From NCBI RefSeq assembly GCF_009914755.1, contig NC_060928.1: a stretch of 64,000 nucleotides of DNA; one strand, written 5' to 3'. How positions within the stretch are numbered: the first letter of the stretch is position 1; the number at the start of each line of letters is the position of its first letter. The translations under genes were made by a program, and so were the position numbers. The DNA comes from the human T2T-CHM13v2.0 reference genome, Homo sapiens. Positions 1-10,678 of this stretch are shown here, in pieces. The notes beneath the pieces are model-generated. The model did no database searches and had not been told where the DNA came from. It was given only the letters and a program-made list of their open reading frames with translations.

Positions 1-481
1 TATTTTTGATATGCAGTTGGATGGAGGGACACCTATATAGCAATGTACGAGGGCAGATGACTAATAGTGTAATGAATCTGTTGAAGTTGTTGAACCCCCT
101 CATTTACTTAACTAATTTGATCTATAGTTCTTTTGCTAATCTGATCTATGTTTCCTGAAAAGCTAAAACAAAACAAGCATCTGATGGCTAAAATTAATTC
201 TGCCAAATGCCTCCGCTTGTAGTGATGCAACAACAAGGGAGGGGAAGGACCTATACTTCACCAGCCTGTGCTGGCTGCTTTTCATGTATTTATTAACTTA
301 AAAAACCACGAGTTTAAGCTGATCTCTTTATTACATTTGAACTGTACACAAATATTGGGTTTGAAAAAGACTTTTGTTAAAAACCCAAAGGCAAAGGTGT
401 GGCCAATTCAGGACTTCCATACAATGGCAATTTTGTATCCTGCTAACTCTGTCTCCAGAAAGTGGGTTAGGGAGTCTGGGT

Positions 482-575
482 GACTTCTTGGCTTCGCAGG
501 CTCCTTCCCCCTGGGGAGGGATGTCGGCGACTTCTTGGCCTCACAAGTTCCTTCCCCCTGGGGAGGGATGTAGCC
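482..575. repeat. Two tandem copies of a 47-bp unit
   Basis: gacttcttggc...ccttccccctggggagggatgt at 482-528 and 529-575, with a few substitutions. Confidence 0.9.
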
Positions 576-606
576 AAACTGTACCCTAGAGTAAAAGGTC
601 TGTGGA

Positions 607-905
607 GGCTGGTGTAGTGTGGCTCATGCCTGTAATCCCAGCACTTGGGAGGCCCAAGCAGGAGGATCGCTTGAGGCCAGGAGTTTGGGACCAGCCTGGG
701 CAACATAGTGAGACCCCATCTCTTAAAAAAAAAATAAGCTAAAAGATTAGCTGAGTGTGGTGGTGTGTACCTGTAGTCCCAGCTACTCAGGAGCTTGAGG
801 TAAGAGGATTGCTTGAGCCAAAAGATTGAGGCTGCAGTGAGCCATGATTGCACCATTGCAATCCAGCCTGGGAGATGGAGTGAGATCCATCTCTTAAAAG
901 AAAAA
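607..905 (+). mobile_element. Alu (AluJ-like)
   Basis: Dimeric Alu with ggatcgcttgaggccaggagttt; TSD aaaaggtctg(t/a)gg at 593-605 and 906-918. Confidence 0.92.
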
Positions 906-3698
906 AAAAGGTCTGAGGGTAGTGTTGCCACCATGACCACCCCCCGGCCTTTCTCCAAAGAACACTTTTATTCACAATATTCCAGGCATGTGATTAACAC
1001 CACTGCCTTATTTCATTATTTAAATATTCCACCCATGGATGTTTTTTCTCCTAACTAGAGCAGACTGTAATTTCTCAGGGGTCAGGGGCTTATTTTGCAA
1101 GACTGCATCTCTAATGCTATAGAAATAAAAGAAATGCAAAAGTTATCACTTGAATGTACTGAATAAATAAATGGGAAAATCTGAAGATATCATGTTGATT
1201 TTTTGAAAGGATAAAACACTGGGGAAGGGGACTTATGCTCTTTTGATATCAATGCTATGTGGAATACATCATGCTAAGGAATCAAGGCAAAACCACAGAG
1301 TAGGCTAAGAGAAACAAGACCTAGACTGAGCAGCGAGCTCAAGTGTTTCATTTATTATGGGACAGGAATCTCATTCCTGCTCTTTCCAACTCCACCTTAT
1401 TAGGTACCTTTTAAGATCATTTTCTGTTTCCTTGTTTCTCTTTTAGAACCATGCTCAGCACCTCCCTAAGAAGAGGGGCCACCTGTGTGGAATGGTTCCT
1501 GAAGCTGGCAGTGGTGGGGGTGTGAATAAGCCAGTTGTTCTGGCGGGGGCTTGTGAAGCTTAAAAATGAAGAATTGAGAAGAACTGAAAAGGTATCGTTT
1601 AGAGTTGGATTATCATGAGTGACTAAACATGTACACAATAAACACAGAATTAGGAAAATTCTTAAAATTTTAAAACTGAAAAACTAGCAATTTTCTAGTA
1701 TTAGGAATGCAAAATCTAAGACAGAGGCATTTCATCCTAATATTCTCCAATATATGTACAAAAGGCCAAATTCCCTAAACAAGTCCATAGGGAGTTCCTG
1801 GAATTTAACATGGGGGTTAAGGTTTTAGTATTTCCTCCACAAGCTGAAGAGTGATGGTTCCTTTCTCTGTCTCTTTCTAAACTCAGGAAAGCTATGCAAA
1901 TCCCTTATGTAGACAAAGCTTTTAGTAGATCTGGCAAATGAGATCTGTTCTTAAGAAACAGCACTTGGCAAAGTAACTGCTATTTTGTACACATCTGTTT
2001 TACATCTGTTCAAACCTAAATTCCTTCAGAGGAGGGGCAATGTCATCCTAGCTCAAAATAGGCATTAATAAATCTTATGCTAAATCACCAACATCTTTTG
2101 GTAAAATAGCTGTGTTTAATTAATGAAAGACTTCCAGATTAACTTCTGATGAGGTCTTCTAGGTATCTTCAGAGTGTTTTATGATGTTTTCTCTCCCTAG
2201 TTATTGTTAATATATTCTGTGACCTTTCCACAACAGAAAGTCATTTTAACATGTGGCTCACGTAGTTTCTGAATTTTTCTTTCTTTTTAAAGGATCATGC
2301 TGCTGCTTTTTGGGATGATTACTGATGTTTATAGTGAGCCCCATCCCCCACTTTTTAAACTCCATAAATATTTAAGACAAATAACCCTAAATATTTGTCC
2401 ATGATAGAGATCCTGGGTCCCCTCCTTTGATTGGTGCATGCTTTGTTTAACATTTTGCCAGTGCTTCCCAGTAGCAAACAATCAATGCACATTTTGAACT
2501 TGTATTCTTAAAAAATCTGCAGCCACAAACATGGCCCATGTCCTAAATAGTAGGTACTGCTGAATAGATCTTCAATGTTTATTTTTGTCCGGCCTGCAAA
2601 TATTTTATATTATTTTGCCATGAAGAAAGCTGCCTGAGACTATGTCGGCAGTTTCCTGTAATGTAGATGCCTTGTCAATAATGTAAGTATGGTGCAGAGT
2701 GAACAAATCCATAAATCTCGAAGTCACAAATAACTTGCTCATCTGGGGCTGAGCTGCCTGAGTCTCCATGGATACCAAGGGAGCATCTTCAATTCAGGGA
2801 ACTCTCAGGGAGAGCAGACTCTTTCTTGCCCCAGGAATCTGCAAGCCTGGCAAAAAGAAGTGAGGGTCCTTGAGAACATTACCTTTGTGGATCCTGTTCA
2901 TTAACCCACTAGAGACTAAGTCCCAGGTCCCCTTTGGTTTTCTCCCACTCCCTTTAAGAGAAAATCTCCTGGAGAGGGTCAGGGGGCACAGGTAGCATGA
3001 GGGCTAATTGGGATTTCTGAGACTGTTTGAACATTTTTCCTTCAAAGCTTTGATGGGAATTCCAGCATCATAAGTGAGTATATTTTTCTATTTTATGGTT
3101 ATATTTTTAGAGACAGGGTTTCTCTAAGGGGAAGCTGAATATTTAGGCACTGAGACAGCCCTGGAAGTAGAAAATGGGCATATTATAAGCATAGCTATGC
3201 ATCAATGTAAGTCAAAGTCCCCACAATATGCCTTGGAAGCAAAAAACATATGTCTCTGTAGGAAATTAGCCTATATACATTATAAGAGCAAAGCTATGGT
3301 TCCATATGTTCCATAACTGTAATTGTTCATCAAGATAGGAAAATAAAAACAAAGAAAAATAGAGTTCCTACCATTATTACCTCCTGCCAATTATCAGCTC
3401 CCAGAACACATTGTCTATACTCTTAACTTTGGTGGCAGATCATTCTGCTTAGCAGTTACCAACTCTTAGTTCTGTGTTGCAGATCTTAGCTGCAATGCAC
3501 CCAAAGAAACTATGAAATGTAGCCTTGTTGTCTTATCCTTTTTCTTATGGTAGTTAATTTTATGACACCAAAGAATTCTTCCCTCAGTAAAATTATGCAT
3601 CTGAGAAAACCAATGGTAATTCTTTCAAAACTTATCTTTTGATCTGCTCATTCAAGGACTTATTTCAGTATCTAAGATTTTTAAAGAATTTTTTTTCT

Positions 3699-4557
3699 GC
3701 GAAGGACATGAACAGACACTTCTCAAAAGAAGACATTTATGCAGCCAAAAAACACATGAAGAAATGCTCATCATCACTGGCCATCAGAGAAATGCAAATC
3801 AAAACCACTATGAGATATCATCTCACACCAGTTAGAATGGCAATCATTAAAAAGTCAGGAAACAACAGGTGCTGGAGAGGATGTGGAGAAACAGGAACAC
3901 TTTTACACTGTTGGTGGGACTGTAAACTAGTTCAACCATTGTGGAAGTCAGTGTGGCGATTCCTCAGGGATCTAGAACTAGAAATACCATTTGACCCAGC
4001 CATCCCATTACTGGGTATATACCCAAAGGACTATAAATCATGCTGCTATAAAGACACATGCACACGTATGTTTATTGCGGCACTATTCACAATAGCAAAG
4101 ACTTGGAACCAACCCAAATGTCCAACAATGATAGACTGGATTAAGAAAATGTGGCACATATACGCCATGGAATACTATGCAGCCATAAAAAATGATGAGT
4201 TCATATCCTTTGTAGGGACATGGATGAAATTGGAAACCATCATTCTCAGTAAACTATCGCAAGAACAAAAAACCAAACACCGCATATTCTCACTCATAGG
4301 TGGGAATTGAACAATGAGATCACATGGACACAGGAAGGGGAATATCACACTCTGGGGACTGTGGTGGGGTCGGGGGAGGGGGGAGGGATAGCATTGGGAG
4401 ATATACCTAATGCTAGATGACACATTAGTGGGTGCAGCGCACCAGCATGGCACATGTATACATATGTAACTAACCTGCACAATGTGCACATGTACCCTAA
4501 AACTTAGAGTATAATAAAAAAAAAAAAAAACAAAAAAACAAACAAACAAACAAAAAA
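3699..4557 (+). mobile_element. 5'-truncated L1HS, Ta subset (ORF2 C-terminus, 3'UTR, poly-A)
   Basis: Intact ORF2 end (...FSLIGGN*); diagnostic ACA at 4422-4424 and G at 4507; TSD aaa(g/t)aattttttttct at 3683-3698 and 4558-4573. Confidence 0.95.
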
Positions 4558-5199
4558 AAATAATTTTTTTTCTTTAAAAAAGAAAGGAAGCACTTCCTTT
4601 TTCTAGTAGATGATTCTAGAATTACGGCTTATGCTAAAAATGTAAGAGAATGCCTGCACCACCGTGTGTAGGTCACACATCAGGTCGGGGATGTTTCATG
4701 AGCAAAGAAGCCATTATTATAATAATCAAAAGGCAGCAGACTTCCCCAGATAGCAATGTTGGCTGCTAGGATTAAACCTCCATCAAGATCACAAGTAAGG
4801 CATGACTAAGTAAAAACCTACTTGTATTTTCTATCATTGTATTTTGGGATTTGGACCAGGGCTGTAAGGATCCAGTGGTCATCTTTATTGCATGTATCAA
4901 CACACAGCACAGGTCTCTTAAGAAGGATCCTCCAAGGATCAAGCACACACAATTGCACTTATGTGTTCAGTGGGGAGATTCTCAAGGCAGAGTAAACAAG
5001 AAATAGGTAAAGTTAGTTTGACTGAAGAGAATGTTCTACCTCCAGTACCCCTGCATACAATTAATATGAGAAAATTTCAAGACGCTGCAGGGATAAGATA
5101 CCACTTAGAATGTGTGCATTGTCTTGGGTTCTGTTTTCCTCGGGCAGGCACTCTGGGGTTGCTGGGCATACGTTTTGAAACTCTGGCTTTAGAACGAAT

Positions 5200-5345
5200 T
5201 GCTCAGGAAGCCTGATAGAAGTGACAATTCTCTGCCTACCCCTAGAAACTGTGATTGAGTAGATCTGGGGAGGGGCCTATGGATCTGCACTCCAACTACA
5301 GCCCAGGTGGGTGTTCAGACCATAGCTAGAAACTGGTTTGAGAAA
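5200..5345. mobile_element. MER5A-like hAT-Charlie fossil
   Basis: tgattgagtagatctggggaggggcctatggatctgca...tttgagaaactg resembles the MER5A core; boundaries approximate. Confidence 0.5.
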
Positions 5346-5589
5346 CTGGAGAAAGAATCTGGGCTTTGATGAGAGTGACAAGAGTTTTCCCTCCAGCCCT
5401 GCCATTTACTCCATGTGTGACCTCTGACATGGTTCCTAGACTGCTCTCTAATTCAGTTTCTTAGATATAAAAGAGTGATAATTGTAAAGGTTAAATAAAA
5501 TATGTAAAGCTCTCTAAGATTCTTGGCACAAAGTTTACTAGTGTTTGAGCCCCTTCACCTTCTCTTCTATACAGTAACATTTTTTTTGA

Positions 5590-5770
5590 ATGCTTATTAT
5601 GGACCAGGTACTTTTCTAAGGATTATTGCATTACATTTAATCCCAGAGGTAGGTATTCTCTAAATTACCTCCATTTTACAGATGAGAACTAGAGGTACAG
5701 AGAGGTTGAGCTATTTGTCCAAAGTTACACAGATAGCAGGTGGCAGGGTTGGGCCTTGACCTAGCTTTAC
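5590..5770 (-). mobile_element. MIR
   Basis: Core ccattttacagatgagaactagaggtacagagagg; boundaries approximate. Confidence 0.75.
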
Positions 5771-6264
5771 TACCAAGAACGTACATTATTGTCAGGGACA
5801 TAAATTAGGGATGGGAAATTTCAATACCTCTCTCTGCTGTCTAACAAAGACCTACAGTTTACTTACAGTGCCTTTACTATCTGATCATGTTCCTTGATGC
5901 CCCACCAGATGAAGAGACCTACTACCACTCAGTATGGATGGACACATACAATTTTACCTGGCCCCAAAGGTGTTGTTCTATCATAGGGCTTGGATGCTAG
6001 GGATATACTATTCCTAAAATTAGGAACTGCCTTACTTGTAGGGGCATATTTAATTTTTCCAGATATTAGAGAGCCTTAGGTTCACTTAACAAAAAAAATG
6101 ATGCACACATTTTTTTTTTTTTGAGTTGTTCTTTCTCTTATGAGGTAAGCTGCAACTACAGTTTCATTTCTAGGAGTAATCAGGAGACCCATGATGAGAA
6201 ATTTCAATCATCCCTGCTGAGACATGGCTAACTACTATTACATAAAGTTGATGGTACTGAGTAA

Positions 6265-6515
6265 CATGTATGTATGCGTGCAGTCATGCATTTATGCTAG
6301 ATAAAAGCACAGATGTGCATGCATGTCAAAGTACTGCTTTAGGTACAAATGTCTGACACATATGATATGCATATATGAACATGTTATAGGTTTATGTTCC
6401 TACATAGGTGCATGGGCACACTTGGTATACAGATGTGCACAGGCACACATACTTCCACATATGCATGCATGTATGTGCTTGTGTATGCAAGTATTTATGT
6501 ATCCAACTACATATA
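6265..6515. repeat. Degenerate purine-pyrimidine alternating (TG/CA/TA) low-complexity tract
   Basis: Repeated atgcatgcatgtatgtgc-like runs. Confidence 0.6.
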
Positions 6516-7761
6516 TTTTTATCTCAGTTTTTTAACAAGGAAGATATGCTTTTTAACCCATTGAGTTCATGCTTAAACTTTGATTTCTAAGTCCTATTTT
6601 CTAACTCCTATTTAAATAACAGTGGCAGTACTATTATGGGATTATTTTTCTTTTAAAAATTCATTCCACTGTTCTTGTTGCACAGCAGGAGTGTAAGTGC
6701 AGCCAATACTTTCTTGTGCTGACAGCCCTGATTAAGGCATAAGTCTTAATTTATAGAAATGAGTGATTTGTTTGACAAAAAAATTTTGATGGAACTCTGG
6801 TCTATAAATCTACTAATTGTTCCTCCCTGCTGCGAACATTAGATACGAGACAGTGTGTTAACTGTGCATGTTGTTGGCTCATAGGCACACGTATTGTTTC
6901 CCTGTATGATTTTACTAATGGTTTTTTTTTAAATGAGATCTAATAGGAACATTCAAAACATTGATCTTAGCACTGTGTGTGAAAGAAGTACTGCTGCCCT
7001 GAAACTGTCCATAAATTTGGGATTGCAAGGCTGCAGTGAACTGCAGAGGACGTGCTTTGCCTCAAAAGGGCTGAACCAAGTGTCACCATAAGGAAATGTG
7101 GCCCAGGATTGCTGCAGCTTCCAGATTTTCCAAATTGAAAATTCAGGTTTCTATGTAAAACCTTGCCATATTTAAATGTGGGCTCCTAACTGAACTTTAT
7201 CAGAAGCATTCTGAAGACCAAACACATTTCATTTGTAGGCAGGCAGAGTCACAGGTGGCACCAGTTTGATACCTCTGCCTAGAATAATCCTGGAAATTCC
7301 TAGACATCTAATTCTACATCTAACTCTATCCAGTCATTCTGGGTGATGAGCCAAGGCTGGAGATTGGTGGTGGTGGTGGTGTGTGTGTGCATGTGTGTAT
7401 GCATGTGTATGTGTGTGCACAGGGAACCTGGCTTGACTCTCATCCTGATGTCCTGGTGTGTGCTCCTTGGGAAGCCTATGGAGCGAGGAGGAAGAACTGT
7501 CTTCTAAGCATCCTTGCACACTCAGAATTATCCAAACAAAGTGAAGAGTGTCCTAACTGATAACCACAATTGTGTCCTGGAGAGATGTGGGGAGGAGAAT
7601 CTGGCTAAATCACTTCAGCTGCAATATATTTTCTTTTCTCCAGAAGTTTTCCCTGAAAATTTTTCCCCAAAGTGGGGGAAAAACTTGCAGTGAGGACCAC
7701 CACAGAAGAAGCTGGTGAGTGAGTTAGATATTTCTGTATTTTAAAAGGTATCCTAGTAGGT

Positions 7762-7775
7762 TCTCTCTCTCACTT

Positions 7776-7818
<43 letters not shown>
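7762..7818. repeat. Compound (CT)n(GT)n microsatellite
   Basis: Seen directly. Confidence 0.95.
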
Positions 7819-7841
7819 CCCATTTGCTGCAAACCTGGAGA

Positions 7842-7905
7842 TTAGTTTGGTGCAAAAGAAATGGCAGTTTCTGCCATGATGGCAATTTATTTTGCACCAA
7901 CCTAA
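7842..7905. mobile_element. MADE1-type mariner MITE (internally deleted)
   Basis: Terminal inverted repeats ttagtttggtgcaaaa ... ttttgcaccaacctaa followed by TA. Confidence 0.85.
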
Positions 7906-8609
7906 TAGCAGTGGATATTTCCAAAATTTTTCTTCCAAATTGTCCCCTGAGGTTCAACTTATAAACACAAAAAGATCATCAAGACCTAGAAATCTGAAAT
8001 TGCTGCTTTATTCATAGAGCAGTTGTCTATGGGTCATTATGCTCAAAACACTAAGGTTACTGGCAGGGCCACTATCTGTTGAATATAACCAATACAGAGC
8101 CATGTGTAGAAAGGGCATAATTACAACTTTCTAGGAATTGACACTAATGGGTTGCCAATTTACTGATGGGCTGACTAGTGGTGATGCTGATAACCTCAGA
8201 GGTTTCTCTGGAAATAAGGTTGTAAGGACATTCATAATTTTATATGAGATCATGGTCATAAAGACTATAGCTAAGTAACTCAGTAACACTCAAATGATCA
8301 ATTAGTGAAAAAATAAATAACTACAAGCAAGCAAGCCATTCTGCTCAGGAACTAAAGTAGTTCTGGTAATTGAAGACGAGCAAGGTGATGTCAGTTTTCA
8401 TCCCCACAGGCAGATGGTTTAGGATACAATCTAGAGCTCTCAGGCCTCGACACTACATCTTGGAAACTGACAAAGATACCTTGCAGATATTTTTATATCT
8501 AGAAATTTCAATTTCATCAATATATACCATGATGTGTCTGACCAATATCATTCTCATGAAGAAGTGGTGTGTGGGGTGGGGAGAGAAGTAACATTTATAA
8601 TTTCTTAAG

Positions 8610-8830
8610 TGTCAGGCACCAAGCTAGGAACTTTATATATATATATATACATATCGATTCATTTAGCCTTCACAACAAACCTATGAGGTAGGTTCTATTT
8701 TGACAATTTTCATGAAGAGGAAACTGAGGCCCAGAGATATTAAGTGAATTGGTGACAGCTAGTAAGTAAGTGGCCAGACCAAGATTTGGGTCCAGATCTG
8801 TCTGACTCCAAAGTCATGCAGTTTTCTCAA
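8610..8830 (-). mobile_element. MIR
   Basis: gaggaaactgaggcccagaga...tctgtctgactccaaag; boundaries approximate. Confidence 0.75.
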
Positions 8831-9003
8831 ACCTACATTATCTCACAGTAGGGTCATCTTTATTTATCATGGGTTAATATAAAATAGTAAAGGTCGTGTA
8901 GATGGTATAAAACAAAAACGAAAAGCTGCATTTAAGTCTTCAGTGGTTTCTGGGCATTTGGTTTTATGACATTAGCAGGGCATTTGCAGAAATTTATGCA
9001 CAG

Positions 9004-9092
9004 TTAGACGTTAGAATCTTTCTCTGTGACATTTTCCTTTGCTGCTGTTTCCGCTATTTCATCTTTCTCTGATGCTTTTAATTCCATTTCTG
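9004..9092 (-). CDS. Candidate alternative terminal exon of RNF150: (T)EMELKASEKDEIAETAAKENVTEKDSNV*
   Basis: Phase-1 NAGNAG acceptor (tatgCAG|CAG|AA) after a T-rich, AG-free stretch of about 48 nt. Stop TAA at 9006-9004 and minus-strand AATAAA at 8864-8859. No transcript evidence available to me. Confidence 0.45.
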
Positions 9093-9404
9093 CTGCATAG
9101 TACAATATCAATAATGATAAATAATAAATCATCAGTCCATTTCTACAAGGCATTAGTCTCCCTCTCCTCTTGTGATGGGGGACCAATTTAACACTGTGTT
9201 CCTCTTTCACACAGGGGTAGGGTCATACTATCGTTCTGGAGAAACTGGCTATACAGAGAATTGTTTGTTAGTGCCTTGGTCCAGGCTGAATATCATTGGA
9301 AGATATATTTATTATTTTCATTAGCAGCCAAAATACAAATATACATTGCAATACATTCTCCTTTACCTTCCATTACTGTAGTTGGTTTCCCTTAAAATTC
9401 AACA

Positions 9405-10125
9405 TATTCATTTACTCATCCAACTGACGTTTATTAAATCTAACTGTATGCCATAAACTGTGCTGGGTTTTAGAACATAAAGGTAAAAAGTCACACAGTC
9501 CAAGCCTTTGAGGATCTATAAATTTAAGGGGGTAACTGGCGATTTCTCAAGAAATTGTATCAGAGATAGCTATTTGAAAGTAGATAATTGTAAAAGAAAC
9601 ACCAGATTCTGCTTGGAGGAGCAGAGAAAATATCTCAGAGAATACAGCAGATGAGATGTGCTTGAAGGATACATAGGATTTGGCAGGTGGAGGGAGAAGC
9701 ATGGGAGGACGGTGTACCTGGAACCACAAGTGGCTTAAAATGCTTCTGTGTAAAGAGCCAGATGGGAGTGGGGAAGAGGCAGGGAGAAAGATGCAGAGGC
9801 CAAATGCTTAATGATTTTGTTAGATTAGGCAGATGGAGATTGTAACCCATAGATAATAAAAATGTTTGGAGCAAAACACTGACAAAAACAGATTTCTATG
9901 AATGATTACCCAGGAAGCAGGATGAGCACAGACTGGAGGATGGTAGGACCAGACACAGGGAGATAAGAGCTGATAAGGGCTTGAATTATAGTAGTGGCAG
10001 AGGGAAATGGCACATGGAGAGATATTTAAAAGGCAGAATGAACAGGGATGGTGATTGTTTCACTAAGGAGGACAATAGCATGGAAAAAATATAGGGTAGC
10101 TGCAAATTATTAGCCTGAGCACTGG
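9405..10125 (-). mobile_element. L2 3' fragment
   Basis: ttcatttactcatccaac...tttattaa...tatgcc L2 tail followed by purine-rich L2 body; boundaries approximate. Confidence 0.65.
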
Positions 10126-10403
10126 GAAGTAATTTTACTGTAAAAACAAAAGTCACTAACTTATAAAATGAACCTATATGCTAGTGTAATGCAAATACAG
10201 CAAGAAAAAGGAAACGCTCTTTACAATTTGGTACACATTTTCTGAAGCCAAGTATACCATGCAAAGGCATAATTTTCACTGTAGTAAAAAGCACATTTTT
10301 GCAGGGGATGTTAAAGCAAAGTGTGTGTTGAACTAGTGAATTAGTTATTTGATGGCATGTCAATAGAACTTTTTGGTTTTTCCTTATTTTTTAAATTTAA
10401 TTT

Positions 10404-10678
10404 TCAGATCAATTTTTTTTCAATATTTATTTCTGCATAATATTTTGGCTTAAATAACATGCTATCATAGCTATTATTGTTAAAATTTACACTGAAGTCT
10501 GTATAAGAACCAGGTGAATACTGCATAACAGCATTTTGGGAGCAGAGGACCACGATATTTGGAGACAGGGTCCGCTGCGTATAGGAATCCCAGAAGGAGA
10601 TCAGGCTACAGCTGTGGACGGAGGCCAACTGTGCTGCTGTTCCAGCCTCCTCCACCCACTGTCTTCTCAGCCATTCAT
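10404..10678 (-). CDS. Weaker candidate alternative terminal exon of RNF150 (N + 90 aa, ending KKLI*)
   Basis: tctatcttcatttcAG|AT phase-1 acceptor, 90 open codons, and ATTAAA (10401-10396) immediately after TGA. A competing CAG lies ~22 nt upstream. Confidence 0.22.

Noticed and set aside
482-575. Palindromic direct repeats resembling a CRISPR array
   Set aside because: Two abutting copies with no spacers, in a primate intron.
467-958. 163-aa ORF and other ORFs over Alus (e.g. 35447-35779, 37161-37427, 45029-45328, 59769-59990)
   Set aside because: Translations are typical Alu-derived frames ([23 protein letters not shown]), not genes.
3639-4310. 223-aa ORF fusing flank sequence to the L1 ORF2 C-terminus
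   Set aside because: It starts at a non-ATG codon in flanking DNA, has no evident promoter, and simply reflects an unmutated young L1 end.
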